NCBI GenBank assembly: GCA_958352145.1
Contig: CATWNM010000001.1
Location: 69,524-133,523, forward strand
Direction of reading: 5' to 3'
From: an uncultured Eubacteriales bacterium
Lineage (GTDB): Bacteria; Bacillota; Clostridia; Oscillospirales; CAG-272
Length of the DNA stretch: 64,000 nucleotides
The first letter of the stretch is position 1. Each line of letters starts with the position of its first letter. A program made the translations under genes and the position numbers. The notes under the pieces are model-generated. The model made no database searches and was not told the origin of the DNA. It saw only the letters and a list, made by a program, of their open reading frames with translations. Positions 1 through 10,029 of this stretch are shown piece after piece.

Positions 1-215
1 TCGCAAATATCGGTACGAATGCGACCGATTATACGCCCTTATACAGCGGGAAAGCCACTTTGAAAATTACGGGCGGAACGCTGAACGGAAAGCTCAGCGC
101 TTATCAGACATCTGACACAAAAAAGCTTGCGGGTGGAACGACGCTGATCTTGATAGAGCAAACAGCAAATTTTGCCAATAAAGCGCTCGGTTTTGATCAG
201 ATCCAATATGAATAA
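1..215 (+). CDS. 3' end of an unidentified protein (partial; continues upstream of window)
   Basis: The frame starting at nt 3 is open to TAA at 213-215 (...KATLKITGGTLNGKLSAYQTSDTKK...FDQIQYE*). A hairpin with T-run follows. No family recognised. Confidence 0.4.
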   Translation, partial: ANIGTNATDYTPLYSGKATLKITGGTLNGKLSAYQTSDTKKLAGGTTLILIEQTANFANKALGFDQIQYE

Positions 216-226
216 AAATAGGAAAA

Positions 227-272
227 CCTCTCCGGGAAGCGGTATCAACCGCCTCTCGGAGAGGCTTTTATT
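227..272 (+). terminator. Rho-independent terminator of the partial upstream gene
   Basis: CCTCTCCG (227-234) pairs with CGGAGAGG (257-264) and is followed by CTTTTATT. Confidence 0.6.
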
Positions 273-380
273 ATAAATTTGAAACTTGAAAAATAAAGTT
301 ATCTTTAAATGTTTTCCGCAAGCACAGGCATAATGAGCGCCTGCTCATATTTCGAGCAAACCGAATCGTTTGGGCCAACC

Positions 381-420
381 GAGCCTGCATGAAGCGGCGA
401 ATGCCGCTTCATGCAGGCTC
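381..420. terminator. Perfect 18-bp-stem hairpin at the 3' end of the MacB-type operon
   Basis: GAGCCTGCATGAAGCGGC-gaat-GCCGCTTCATGCAGGCTC lies 22 bp beyond the permease stop. No clear U-tract on either strand. Confidence 0.45.
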
Positions 421-442
421 GTATAACTTTATCACAAATCCT

Positions 443-1699
443 TTATTCATACCGCAGCGCTTCAATCGGATCCAGCTTTGCCGCCTTATTGGCCGGATAA
501 TAACCAAAGAAAATACCAATTGCCATACTAAAGCCCACTGCAAGCGCCACATAGGGCAAGCTGGGCAGCGCGACAACGCCGAGCAGCGAAGAGCCGAAAT
601 ACCCAAGCAGCGTGCCAAGAATAATTCCGAAAATGCCGCCGATCACGCAGATAATCACGCTCTCCACGACAAACTGCATGCGGATGTCTCCGTTCGTCGC
701 GCCGATAGCCTTGCGCGTTCCGATTTCCCTCGTGCGCTCGGTCACCGACACCAGCATGATATTCATAACGCCGATGCCGCCGACCAAAAGAGAAATACCA
801 GCGATGACCGCGATCGCAATATTCAGCGTGCCCATCATGGTATCGACCGTAGACAGCATGCTTTCCATGCTCATGGAAGTAATTTGAAAATTTTTATTGT
901 TCTTATAATATTTGTTCAAAAAACTTTCCGCTACCGCCGCAAAGTTCATACTGTCAATCTCCGGATTGGCCGACACAACGATCGAAGCAAATCCATCCGG
1001 CGCGCCGGACAGCTTTTTCGCCGTCGAAAGCGGAATATAGACCGGCGTCTGTATATCCTTTTCCGCACTGAACGAAAAATTCATCATATTTTGCTCATAC
1101 TGATACACGCCGACGATGCGGAACGTATAGATTTCCGATGAAGTATAGACAATCAACTCTTCACCGAGCGCCGTCTGCGAATCCCCGCCAAACATATTGT
1201 TCACCAGTTTGTCGGACACCACCGCGTTCATTTTATTGCCGTCGATGTCTGCCTGCGCGATTCCGCGCCCACGCAGAATCGTCAGATCATTGGCCGCCGC
1301 ATACTCTTCATTGACGCCACTGACAGATACGTTGGCATACAGTTTTCCATCCTTGGCGGTGCCGGATGCCAACGATTCAGTCAAACTGATATAGTCGATG
1401 GAGCTTTGATAACGCGCGCGCAGTTCGTCAATCATCTCTTCCGAAATCAAATCGGCGTCCTCATAAGCGCGCATACCGCCCTCGTCCGCCGTGGATTTCG
1501 ACTGCAGCATAAAGTATATGTTCGTCGCACCGAGCGTACTCATCTGACTGTTGATCGTACCGGTCAGACCATCGCCTACCGTTAAGATACCGATCACGGA
1601 AGCAATGCCGATGATGATGCCGAGCATCGTCAAGAAGGCGCGCATTTTTCCGGCACGGATGCCTTCCCATGCAAGGCGCACATTTTCCATAAAATTCAC
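443..1699 (-). CDS. MacB/FtsX-type ABC transporter permease
   Basis: 418 aa. N-terminal TM, MacB-like extracytoplasmic domain and C-terminal FtsX region (GIGVMNIMLVSVTERTREIGTRKAIGA). 4-bp overlap with the upstream ATPase gene. Confidence 0.9.
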   Translation of the reverse strand: MNFMENVRLAWEGIRAGKMRAFLTMLGIIIGIASVIGILTVGDGLTGTINSQMSTLGATNIYFMLQSKSTADEGGMRAYEDADLISEEMIDELRARYQSSIDYISLTESLASGTAKDGKLYANVSVSGVNEEYAAANDLTILRGRGIAQADIDGNKMNAVVSDKLVNNMFGGDSQTALGEELIVYTSSEIYTFRIVGVYQYEQNMMNFSFSAEKDIQTPVYIPLSTAKKLSGAPDGFASIVVSANPEIDSMNFAAVAESFLNKYYKNNKNFQITSMSMESMLSTVDTMMGTLNIAIAVIAGISLLVGGIGVMNIMLVSVTERTREIGTRKAIGATNGDIRMQFVVESVIICVIGGIFGIILGTLLGYFGSSLLGVVALPSLPYVALAVGFSMAIGIFFGYYPANKAAKLDPIEALRYE

Positions 1700-2391
1700 A
1701 GGCGCGCCTCCCCTCCGCTCAGCAGACCGTCCCGCATCGTGTATACCCGGTCGGTCTCCTCGGCCAGTTCATTATTATGCGTGATCAAAATAATCGTTTT
1801 GCCCTGCTCTTTATGCAGGCGGTGAAAAATATCCATAACCAGCCGCCCGGTTTTGGAATCAAGCGCGCCGGTAGGCTCATCGGCCAAAATGATCGCAGGA
1901 TCATTCGCCATCGCACGCGCAATCGCCACACGCTGCTTTTGCCCGCCGGAGAGTTCGTTTGGCAAATGCTTTGCGCGATCGCCCATCTCTACCATTTCAA
2001 GCAGTGCACGCGCCCGGTCGCTGCGCGCACGCTTTGAAACGCCGGCATACATCATAGGAAGTTCCACATTCAACAGCGCATTGGTCCTCGGGATCAAATT
2101 AAACGTCTGAAATACAAACCCGATCTTCCGGTTCCGAATCGCAGAAAGCTCGTTGTCGTCCGCTTCCTCGATCACCTCGCCGTCCAGCGTATAACTGCCC
2201 AAGGTCGCGCGATCAAGAACGCCAATGATATTCATCAGCGTGGATTTTCCGCTGCCTGAAGCGCCGACGATCGAAATAAACTCCCCCCGCCGGACGGACA
2301 AATCGATCCCGTGCAAAATCTCAAGCGCATTCGGCTCTCCGACGTAAAAGCTCTTGCGAATACCCCGCATTTCAATAATAGAATCCGCCAT
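1696..2391 (-). CDS. ABC transporter ATP-binding protein (MacB/LolD type)
   Basis: 231 aa. Walker [10 protein letters not shown], signature [14 protein letters not shown], Walker [12 protein letters not shown]. Confidence 0.93.
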   Translation of the reverse strand: MADSIIEMRGIRKSFYVGEPNALEILHGIDLSVRRGEFISIVGASGSGKSTLMNIIGVLDRATLGSYTLDGEVIEEADDNELSAIRNRKIGFVFQTFNLIPRTNALLNVELPMMYAGVSKRARSDRARALLEMVEMGDRAKHLPNELSGGQKQRVAIARAMANDPAIILADEPTGALDSKTGRLVMDIFHRLHKEQGKTIILITHNNELAEETDRVYTMRDGLLSGGEARL

Positions 2392-2405
2392 GATTTTGCC
2401 TCCGT

Positions 2406-4589
2406 TTACTCCATCATGCCCATAAAGGCATACATGCCGCTACTGGAGGCAAACAGATCGATTTCCGAATAAGAAAGTGAAATTCCCACAAGTCCGGTAT
2501 AATTTTCAGCGTTGTCCGCGATCTTCGCGCCCTCTTCGAGACCGGTCACGGCCACATAAATCCCGTCGCTCACGCCACACTTTACAGGTATGCGAGCGAG
2601 CATCACCGTGCCGTCATCATTTTCCGTCACGGTCAAAATAAAGCTGCCGTCCGCCTCATACAGCACCGCGCTTTCCGGAACGGCAAGCGCGCCGGGCGTT
2701 TCCGCCACAACATAGGAAAGCCGCGCGCTGACGCCGATGCGAAGCAAATTTTCAGAATCGGCCACACGTACGACCGTCTCAAATTCAGCGTCGTTTGTAG
2801 ACATGACGGAGCCAGTTGCATCCTTTTTCGCCGTCGGCGCAACCGATTCAATCACGCCAGTATATTCCGCGTCGCCCGAGGCGTCGGATTTAATAATGAC
2901 TTTCATCCCCTCGTGCACCCGATCGAGATCATAGGCTTTGATCGTAGAGGTGACGACCAAATTTTCCGTATCCTCGATCACGAACATCACGCCCGTAATG
3001 CTTTCGCCTTTCGTCGCATAGACGGCGGTGACCGTACCCGAGATCGGCGCGGTTACAGTCGTTTTGCCGAGATCCTCATACAGATTGGCAAGCTGATAAT
3101 CGGAAAGCGCGGTGTTCGCACTGTTCTTTGCGCTCTCATAGGACAAGCGGTAGGACTCAAGCTGCTGGTCGGCCGATATTTTAGCATTCTCCAGATTAAC
3201 GGACGCCGTGTCCAGCGCGCGCTTTGCGCTGCTTAAAGCGGTCTCGTATCCCTCAAGCTGCTTATCCACGCTTTCCAACGTGCTTTCATAATTATCCTTG
3301 GCATTTTGCAGCGCCGTCTCATAGGAGTCCAGCGTGTCATTCAGCGTATCCAGCACATTGTCATAGTTATCCTTCGCATTTTCATACTGCGTCAGATACC
3401 CTTTGAGCGTCGCGTCCGCCGCGCGGCAAGCGGCGCCATATGCTTCGTCTGCCTGTCCATAACGATCTGCGAGAGAAGCCTCGCTCTCAGAAAGGGCAGA
3501 CAGCGTACTTTCAGCCTTTTCGATGCTCTGATTCAGCTGATCTACCGTTTGTTCAAGCTCACCGATCCGCTGTTCCAACTCAGCAATGCGGACTGCGTCC
3601 GGCTCCGGCGCCGCGCTCACCTCCGCCAGTTCCGCCTGTTTCAGCGAAAGCTCGGCCTGCGCCGTTTCTAATTGTTTTTGCTGCGCGCTCAGCGCGCCCT
3701 CGGCGTTTTCGGTCTTCTCACGCGCGGCCATATACGCATTATACGCATTGTCCAAATTTGCCGAAGCGGTGTACAGTTCGGTCGTTTCGTCGTCTTTTAC
3801 CCATTCTTTATAATCTTCATACGTTTCTTTCGCATTGTCCAGCGCTTTCTGCGCACTTTTGATCTGCGCGTGCGTCTTATTGTCGATATCCGACTTCAGA
3901 TCATCATACTTTTTCTGCGCGTCTTCCACCGCGCGCTTTGCGCTGTTGAGGGCGATCATCGTTTCGCCCTCTATTTTTTCCGCGTACTCGTCATAATCTT
4001 TCTGCGCATTTTCAAAGCTTACCAGCGCATTGTCATAGCTGCTTTGCGCGCTGACAACACCGGAACTCGTCCCGTTCTCCATCTGCGAAAGCATCGTTTC
4101 GTAGTTCAGCTTCGCAGAGGCAAGGTTCAGCGCCGCGGTGCGTTCAGACGAAGTCATCGAAAGCTCGCGCTCGCGGATCTGCCGGTCCAGCGTCTCCGTT
4201 TCATATACGCAAAGAATATCGCCGGCCTCGACCCGGTCACCGAGGGACACGTTTACCTCAGCGATTTTATAGGCCAGCGTAGAATACACTTTCACCGTCG
4301 TATCCTCGGCGCTCTTAACAAGCCCCGTCGCGCTGACCGTGTCCTGAATATCGCGCGTACCGACTGTATATACATCCCCGCGATAAATTGAAGTGCCGAT
4401 ACCCGCCTTTTTCAAAAGCATCGGCGGCACAATCAATACCGCAGCAGCAATCAGGATCAATATGACAAGCACAACCCATATTTTCCGGCGCTTTTTTCGT
4501 TTTTTCCGAACTTTCTTCTGTGCCGGTTGCGCCTTTTTGTTCACCGGTTCCGGACTTTTTTCCGATTCCGTCGTTTCTATGTCAGCCAT
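2406..4589 (-). CDS. HlyD-family membrane-fusion/adaptor protein with very long coiled coil
   Basis: The ORF is open to 4694, but GGAGG-N6-ATG at 4587-4589 (MADIETTE...) is the likely start. K/R-rich tail plus one TM, lipoyl-like motif GDRVEAGDILCVYE, several hundred residues of A/E/K/D/L-rich heptad sequence, and a C-terminal beta-barrel region. Confidence 0.85.
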   Translation of the reverse strand: MADIETTESEKSPEPVNKKAQPAQKKVRKKRKKRRKIWVVLVILILIAAAVLIVPPMLLKKAGIGTSIYRGDVYTVGTRDIQDTVSATGLVKSAEDTTVKVYSTLAYKIAEVNVSLGDRVEAGDILCVYETETLDRQIRERELSMTSSERTAALNLASAKLNYETMLSQMENGTSSGVVSAQSSYDNALVSFENAQKDYDEYAEKIEGETMIALNSAKRAVEDAQKKYDDLKSDIDNKTHAQIKSAQKALDNAKETYEDYKEWVKDDETTELYTASANLDNAYNAYMAAREKTENAEGALSAQQKQLETAQAELSLKQAELAEVSAAPEPDAVRIAELEQRIGELEQTVDQLNQSIEKAESTLSALSESEASLADRYGQADEAYGAACRAADATLKGYLTQYENAKDNYDNVLDTLNDTLDSYETALQNAKDNYESTLESVDKQLEGYETALSSAKRALDTASVNLENAKISADQQLESYRLSYESAKNSANTALSDYQLANLYEDLGKTTVTAPISGTVTAVYATKGESITGVMFVIEDTENLVVTSTIKAYDLDRVHEGMKVIIKSDASGDAEYTGVIESVAPTAKKDATGSVMSTNDAEFETVVRVADSENLLRIGVSARLSYVVAETPGALAVPESAVLYEADGSFILTVTENDDGTVMLARIPVKCGVSDGIYVAVTGLEEGAKIADNAENYTGLVGISLSYSEIDLFASSSGMYAFMGMME

Positions 4590-4791
4590 GTTCTGCCTCC
4601 GTATGTAAAAATATGTTTGGATTTTACCGCTCCGCTGTGAACTCTGGATGAACAAAAGAAAAATTTTTCGGCAAATTACAGCGGCGACGCTCATCCGGCA
4701 TCAAACAGCGTTTCTGTTTCCATACAACGCGGCTCTTTGTTTATTTTCGCAAATTTCGTCTGTTATGCTAAAAAATTCATGTCTTCCCTTT

Positions 4792-5454
4792 TCACCGCGT
4801 TCCAAGCATGTCAAGATTCACGCCGTCCCATATTTGTCCAGCAGGCCAGGTGAAAAACTCCATGCGCGCGCCGCTTTCCGGATGCATAAACGCAAGGCCG
4901 CAGGCAAATAATCCAAGTTGTGAGACGCCGTCAGCCGCGCCATACCGGCCGTCTCCTAAAAGCGGCATGCGCCGGGAAGCAAACTGCACACGGATCTGGT
5001 GCGTACGCCCGGTATGCAGCCAAATCTGTACGAGCGCAAGGCCGTCTTTTTCAGAGAGCGTCCGATACGACAGCGACGCACGCCGTACGCCGCGCCGTTC
5101 CCGGCTCACCACATACGATTTGTTCTTGCGCTTATCCCGGAATAAAAGATCTTCAAAAACGCCCTCGGCCGGCTCCGGGCGACCGTGCACCAAAGCAAGA
5201 TACGTCTTTTCTATCCCACCTGCGGCAAGCGCCCGCGTCAGCGACGCAGCCGCATACTTTGTGCGCGCATAAACCATCACGCCGCCGGTCTCCCGGTCCA
5301 AACGATGGACAGGAAAAATATCGTCCGTCCCCAAAACATCGCGCAACGCGGGCAGAACGCTGCGTCCGATGGGCCCCTCTTCGGAAATCAACCCTTCAGG
5401 TTTGACAATCACGGCAATCGCCGCATCGGAATATAAAATTTCCAGCATACGCAT
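4792..5454 (-). CDS. RluA-family pseudouridine synthase
   Basis: 220 aa with the catalytic motif HRLDRETGGVMVYART. Confidence 0.88.
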   Translation of the reverse strand: MRMLEILYSDAAIAVIVKPEGLISEEGPIGRSVLPALRDVLGTDDIFPVHRLDRETGGVMVYARTKYAAASLTRALAAGGIEKTYLALVHGRPEPAEGVFEDLLFRDKRKNKSYVVSRERRGVRRASLSYRTLSEKDGLALVQIWLHTGRTHQIRVQFASRRMPLLGDGRYGAADGVSQLGLFACGLAFMHPESGARMEFFTWPAGQIWDGVNLDMLGTR

Positions 5455-5484
5455 TCCTCATTTCCCGCCAGCAGAATGGTTTCA

Positions 5485-5513
5485 AGTATAACACAGGAAT
5501 ATCCGCCTGTCAA
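5485..5513 (-). promoter_or_regulatory. Sigma-70-type promoter for the pseudouridine synthase gene
   Basis: Minus strand TTGACA-17-TATACT with TGt extended -10, about 30 nt upstream of the ATG. Confidence 0.45.
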
Positions 5514-5757
5514 TTTCAGACCGCAAAAAAATTTTCCTCAAAGCGATTCGGAAATATGCGTGCCTCTCGTTTTGCAAGCGCCGCTTTTGCAGTTGCGCAG
5601 CGCACATATTAAAAGACGAATCGAAAACGATCCGCCGGCGGCGGTTGGACGCTTTTTTCCGGTACGGCGGGCGCAAGGCGGCCATACTTTCACAAACGCA
5701 TATTCATCCTGTATAAATTTTGTAAAATATTCTGTTTTTTTCTTTACATTTCAGCAA

Positions 5758-5786
5758 TTGACGTTTTTCCCATTTTCAGGTATGAT
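5758..5786 (+). promoter_or_regulatory. Sigma-70-type promoter for the lactate permease gene
   Basis: TTGACG (5758-5763), 17-nt spacer, TATGAT (5781-5786). Confidence 0.5.
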
Positions 5787-5833
5787 TATTAAGTCTTGCA
5801 AATTTTTAGCTCCGTGCAACCGAGGTTCGTTTT

Positions 5834-7492
5834 ATGATTTACGCTCTGATCGCATTTTTGCCGATTCTCGCAACACTTATCCTTATGCTGGCATTCAACT
5901 GGCCCGCAAAACGCTGTCTGCCGATCTCCTGGCTTTTCGCCTGTGTGCTGGCTTTGTTTTTTTGGAAAATGGAACTTTGGGATATTGCCGCCTATTCGGT
6001 TTACGGCCTGCTCAGTTCTTTGGATGTACTGATTATCATTTTCGGTGCTATCCTGGTCATGAATACGCTGAAATCCTCCGGCGCCATGTCCGCGATTAAC
6101 CGCGGATTTATGAACATCAACCCGGACAAACGCATCCAAGCCATTATCATCGGCTTTGCTTTCGGATCTTTCATCGAGGGCGCAGCCGGTTTCGGTACGC
6201 CGGCCGCGCTAGCCGGGCCGCTTTTGGTCAGCCTGGGCTTTCCTCCGCTCGCCGCCGCCTCCGTCGCGCTGATTTATGACAGCGTCGCCGTATCTTTCGG
6301 CGCAGTAGGCACGCCGGTGCAAATTTCGTTGGATATTGTTGAAGACTCGGTCATTTCTACCGGCGCTTCCTTTGAAGCCTATGCAGAAGCCGTTTCTCTG
6401 TGGACGGCGATTCCCCATGCCATTGTCGGCACCTTCATCCCACTGCTCGGCGTTGCGATCATGACGAAATTTTTTGGGCCGGAGCGTTCGTTTAAGCCTG
6501 CGCTCGAAGTGCTGCCGTTCGCGCTGTTCGCGGGATTATCCTTTACCGTCCCCTATTTGCTGGTCACCCTATTCATCGGCTACGAATTCACTTCGCTGCT
6601 CAGCGCGCTGATCAGCATTGCCATCACCGTTTTTGCGGCGAAACACGGTTTTCTTTGCCCAAAGCGTGCCTGGGATTTCGGCGCGCCCGAAAACTTTGAT
6701 AAGTCCTGGTTAGCCACCGCCAAGGTTGCGCCCGCAAATCAGTCAGACATGCCGCTCATCCTTGCTTGGATTCCCTATCTGCTGATCGCCACAGTGCTGG
6801 TGCTGACCCGCATTCCGCAGATCGGACTCAAATCCCTGCTTCAATCGGACGCTTTCACGCTAAACATCAAAAACATCTTCGGTGTCGAGGATCTAAATTA
6901 TACGCTGAAGTGGGCTTATCTGCCCGGAATCTTCTTCATTTTAGCGGCGATTTTAACGCATTTTATTCACAAAATGGATTTTGGTCAAATCAAAACCGCA
7001 TGGAAGGATACTTTCAAACAGATCGGCGGCGCAGCGATCGCCATTATCTTCGGAATCGCCCTCGTGCAAGTGATGCGGTACTCCAATGTAAATTCCAGCG
7101 GCATGGACAGTATGATGATTATTATGGCGGACGCACTTGCGGAAGTCGGCCGCCACGCATTTGTCTGCCTCTCGCCGTTTATCGGCATTCTCGGTTCCTT
7201 TATTTCCGGCTCCAATTCGGTCTCCGACACGCTTTTTACGCAGTTGCAGTATGACACCGCGACAGCGCTCCACCTGCCTACGGTCTTTGCTGTCGCCATG
7301 CAGATTATCGGCGGTGCCATCGGCAATATCACCTGTATCAACAATGCGGTGGCTGCCTGCGCAACCATCGGCACGACAGGGCGTGAGGGCAAATTGATTA
7401 AACTCAATGTCATTCCGATGCTGATTTACGCGCTGATCGTCATTGCGATTTTTGCGATTGCAATTGCGTTGGACTTAGCCCCCGCCGTCTAG
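5834..7492 (+). CDS. lctP: L-lactate permease (LctP/LldP family)
   Basis: 552 aa polytopic membrane protein with the characteristic [33 protein letters not shown] segment. Confidence 0.85.
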   Translation: MIYALIAFLPILATLILMLAFNWPAKRCLPISWLFACVLALFFWKMELWDIAAYSVYGLLSSLDVLIIIFGAILVMNTLKSSGAMSAINRGFMNINPDKRIQAIIIGFAFGSFIEGAAGFGTPAALAGPLLVSLGFPPLAAASVALIYDSVAVSFGAVGTPVQISLDIVEDSVISTGASFEAYAEAVSLWTAIPHAIVGTFIPLLGVAIMTKFFGPERSFKPALEVLPFALFAGLSFTVPYLLVTLFIGYEFTSLLSALISIAITVFAAKHGFLCPKRAWDFGAPENFDKSWLATAKVAPANQSDMPLILAWIPYLLIATVLVLTRIPQIGLKSLLQSDAFTLNIKNIFGVEDLNYTLKWAYLPGIFFILAAILTHFIHKMDFGQIKTAWKDTFKQIGGAAIAIIFGIALVQVMRYSNVNSSGMDSMMIIMADALAEVGRHAFVCLSPFIGILGSFISGSNSVSDTLFTQLQYDTATALHLPTVFAVAMQIIGGAIGNITCINNAVAACATIGTTGREGKLIKLNVIPMLIYALIVIAIFAIAIALDLAPAV

Positions 7493-7591
7493 GAACGCCT
7501 TCTGCAAAGCCGCATATTTTTGAACGCAAAGGCAGCGCTCCCGGAAAATATCCTAAAACATCAGACGCCTTCGCGGCGCGCAGCGCAACAT

Positions 7592-7670
7592 ACAAACTTA
7601 TTCTGTCAAAAAATAAAAGATTTTTTGACAGACTGAGAGGTTCCGACAAATCGTTGGAACCTCTTTTTTG
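7592..7670 (+). repeat. Two-hairpin intergenic module, copy 1
   Basis: CAAACTTATT-CTGTCAAAAAA/TTTTTTGACAG-ACTGAG-GC hairpin-T run. Confidence 0.6.
7636..7670 (+). terminator. Rho-independent terminator of lctP
   Basis: AGAGGTTCC-loop-GGAACCTCT followed by TTTTTG. Confidence 0.7.
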
Positions 7671-7720
7671 TGAAAGCGATTAGCGCCGGCAATAATATTT
7701 GACTTTTTCACTTAAATCTA

Positions 7721-7749
7721 TTGACAGAAGCGATTGCATATGATAAAAT
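7721..7749 (+). promoter_or_regulatory. Promoter of the marR/acyl-CoA ligase operon
   Basis: TTGACA (7721-7726), 17-nt spacer, TAAAAT (7744-7749) with TGa extended -10. Followed by a repeated AAAACAATTTT element. Confidence 0.55.
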
Positions 7750-7810
7750 CGTTTTGTTTAAAACAATTTTGGATAAAACAATTTTAAATGAAACCGAAAG
7801 GAAAGGAGCC

Positions 7811-8302
7811 ATGGAGCAAAAAAATTCCCGCTTTAAGCCCTATGAAATTTTTACCAAGCTAATGAGCCTTGGAAAATCCATGCGCTCGCACTGCCATCGC
7901 GCAATTGAAGCGGACGGTTTTACGCTCAACGAAACCGATGTGCTGCTCGCATTGACCGCCACGCCGGAAAACAATACGGTCACCGCCATCAGCGAAGCAT
8001 CCAATATTTCAAAAGGAAATATCAGTCAGGCAGTCGAATCCCTGCGGCAAAAAGGCTACATTCTCACCGAACAAAGCAGCGCCGACCGCCGCAGCCTCAC
8101 CATCCGTCTGACCGAACAGGCTGCTCCGATTATTGAAAAGCTGCAGCACGCAGAGGAAGAGTACTTTTCCGGCTTTATGGGCGTGCTGACCAATTCAGAA
8201 GCGTCTCTGGTGACGCGCATCTTTAACGCGGTTCAAAAATTTTCCCCAGCGGCATTTCTCAACAAACTTTCAAAAAAGGGTAACGATCATGAAAAAAACT
8301 GA
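7811..8302 (+). CDS. MarR-family transcriptional regulator
   Basis: The ORF is open from 7721, but GGAAAGGAG-N3-ATG at 7811 (MEQKNSRF...) is the likely start. Winged-helix region ...TVTAISEASNISKGNISQAVESLRQKGYILTEQSSADRRSLTIRLT. Confidence 0.85.
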   Translation: MEQKNSRFKPYEIFTKLMSLGKSMRSHCHRAIEADGFTLNETDVLLALTATPENNTVTAISEASNISKGNISQAVESLRQKGYILTEQSSADRRSLTIRLTEQAAPIIEKLQHAEEEYFSGFMGVLTNSEASLVTRIFNAVQKFSPAAFLNKLSKKGNDHEKN

Positions 8303-9971
8303 GCGCAGATACACAAAAATCAACAGCATCAAGCATATGATCTCGCTGATGTATGAAAAAGGCGACAAAACCATTTTTGATTATTTTGATCGCAACGGCG
8401 CGATCCAAACGATTTCATTTACAGCTTTTGCCGATAAAATCAAAGCGTTCGGCACCGGACTCCACCGCACAGGGCTGTCCCAAAAGCGCGTTGCGATCAT
8501 CGGAGAAACCTCACCGAAATGGTACATTGCTTATCTCGCAACGATCGCATACGGCGGCGTATCCATCCCGATGGACAAGGAGCTTGCGCTTCCTGAAATT
8601 GAGAATTTCCTGAAGCGCAGCGGCGCGCAGGCCATTGTATTTTCGCCGCTGTTTGAAGAAAAATTTGCGGATATGGCAAAAAGGCATCCGGAGATCACGT
8701 TCATCCCGATGGAAGCCTGTCCGGGAAAAAAGGGATACGCAAGCTCTATGGACGCGCTGATCAATCTCGGAGCGGCGCGCGTGTCAGAGCCTCCCGCACC
8801 GGCTGATATGGATCGGATGACGGTCATGCTTTTCACTTCCGGAACCACCGGAACCAGCAAGTGTGTGATGCTTTCCGAAAGAAATATATGCACCTCCATC
8901 AACGCGGCCTGTGAAAGCGTGGACTTTTATCCCGAAGATGTACTGGTTTCCGTACTGCCGGTTCATCATACCTATGAACTCTGCTGCTCGCTTGCAGCAG
9001 CCAACTACGGCTGTGAAATTGCCATCAACGACTCGCTCCGCCATGTCATGCGGAATTTTGCAAAATTCCGGCCGACCGCACTCATATTGGTGCCCCTGTT
9101 CCTCAATACCATGGATAAAAAAATCTGGGAAGAAATACGCAAAAAGAAAAAGGAACCGTTTGTCCGAAAAATGATGTCTGTTTCCGACCGGATATACGGC
9201 TACGGACTCGACGTGCGCCGCATACTCTTTAAGGAAATCATAGCGGCCTTTGGCGGACGGCTGCGCAAGATCATTTGCGGCGGCGCGCCACTCAATCAGG
9301 AGATCGCACAAGATTTCCGCTCGCTCGGCATCAACGTTTGGGAGGGATATGGCATTACCGAATGTTCGCCTTTGATTTCCGTGGATGTCTATTACCACTC
9401 AAAACCCGGGTCAGTCGGTCCGGCGGTTCCGGGCTGCAAAGTCTATATCGACGGCTGTGAAACGAATGAAGCCGGTTATACGGTAGGCGAAATTTGCGTA
9501 AAGGGCAAAAACGTCATGCTGGGATACTATGAAGATCCGAAAGCGACCGAAGCCGTGTTTACCAAAGACGGCTATTTCCGAACCGGCGATGTCGGCTATC
9601 TAGACGAAGAGGGCTATATTTATATTACCGGGCGCAAAAAATCCGTGATCGTACTTGAAAACGGAAAAAATGTATTTCCGGAAGAAATTGAAGAATATCT
9701 GGAAAGCATCGAGCAGATTGCGGAAAGCGTTGTGGTCGGCCGTCCCTCTAAAGACAAAGACAGCATTATACTGACAGCGATCATCTATCCTGACTTTTCC
9801 AGGTTCCCCGAAGACGCAACAGCGGAAGAAATCGCCGCCAAGTTAAAAGACGAGATCAATCGGATGAATAAACGGCTCGTCGGCTACAAACAAATACGCG
9901 CGATTGAAGTGCGCAGCACAGAATTTGAAAAAACGACCACCAAAAAAATTAAGCGGCATTTGGTTCATTGA
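8289..9971 (+). CDS. AMP-dependent long-chain fatty-acid--CoA ligase
   Basis: 560 aa. AMP-binding motif LFTSGTTGTSKCVMLS, later GYGITE and TGDVGYLDEEGYIYITGRKK. Overlaps the marR stop by 14 nt. Confidence 0.88.
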   Translation: MKKTERRYTKINSIKHMISLMYEKGDKTIFDYFDRNGAIQTISFTAFADKIKAFGTGLHRTGLSQKRVAIIGETSPKWYIAYLATIAYGGVSIPMDKELALPEIENFLKRSGAQAIVFSPLFEEKFADMAKRHPEITFIPMEACPGKKGYASSMDALINLGAARVSEPPAPADMDRMTVMLFTSGTTGTSKCVMLSERNICTSINAACESVDFYPEDVLVSVLPVHHTYELCCSLAAANYGCEIAINDSLRHVMRNFAKFRPTALILVPLFLNTMDKKIWEEIRKKKKEPFVRKMMSVSDRIYGYGLDVRRILFKEIIAAFGGRLRKIICGGAPLNQEIAQDFRSLGINVWEGYGITECSPLISVDVYYHSKPGSVGPAVPGCKVYIDGCETNEAGYTVGEICVKGKNVMLGYYEDPKATEAVFTKDGYFRTGDVGYLDEEGYIYITGRKKSVIVLENGKNVFPEEIEEYLESIEQIAESVVVGRPSKDKDSIILTAIIYPDFSRFPEDATAEEIAAKLKDEINRMNKRLVGYKQIRAIEVRSTEFEKTTTKKIKRHLVH

Positions 9972-9984
9972 TATTTGTTTCCAT

Positions 9985-10025
9985 AAGGCTTGGCAAGCGC
10001 CGCGTCGCGGCACTTGCCAAGCCTT
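9985..10025. terminator. Bidirectional terminator between convergent genes
   Basis: AAGGCTTGGCAAG-15 nt-CTTGCCAAGCCTT (13-bp perfect stem) between the ligase stop and the cls stop. Confidence 0.65.
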
Positions 10026-10029
10026 TCCA

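Noticed and set aside
389-1141. 250-aa plus-strand ORF beginning inside the 18-bp-stem hairpin.
   Set aside because: It is antisense to the MacB-type permease, its start codon is buried in the hairpin, and its composition is Arg/His-rich.
4590-4694. N-terminal extensions of several ORF-track entries: 2406-4694, 7721-7810, 14509-14592, 16757-16915, 25479-25526, 25746-25847, 42839-43018, 43103-43171, 47449-47637, 53429-53458 and 61323-61406.
   Set aside because: Internal start codons are preceded by GGAGG-type SD sequences at 5-9 nt. They give canonical N-termini (signal peptides, the RHG motif, aldolase MALVT...). The extensions run through promoters or terminators.
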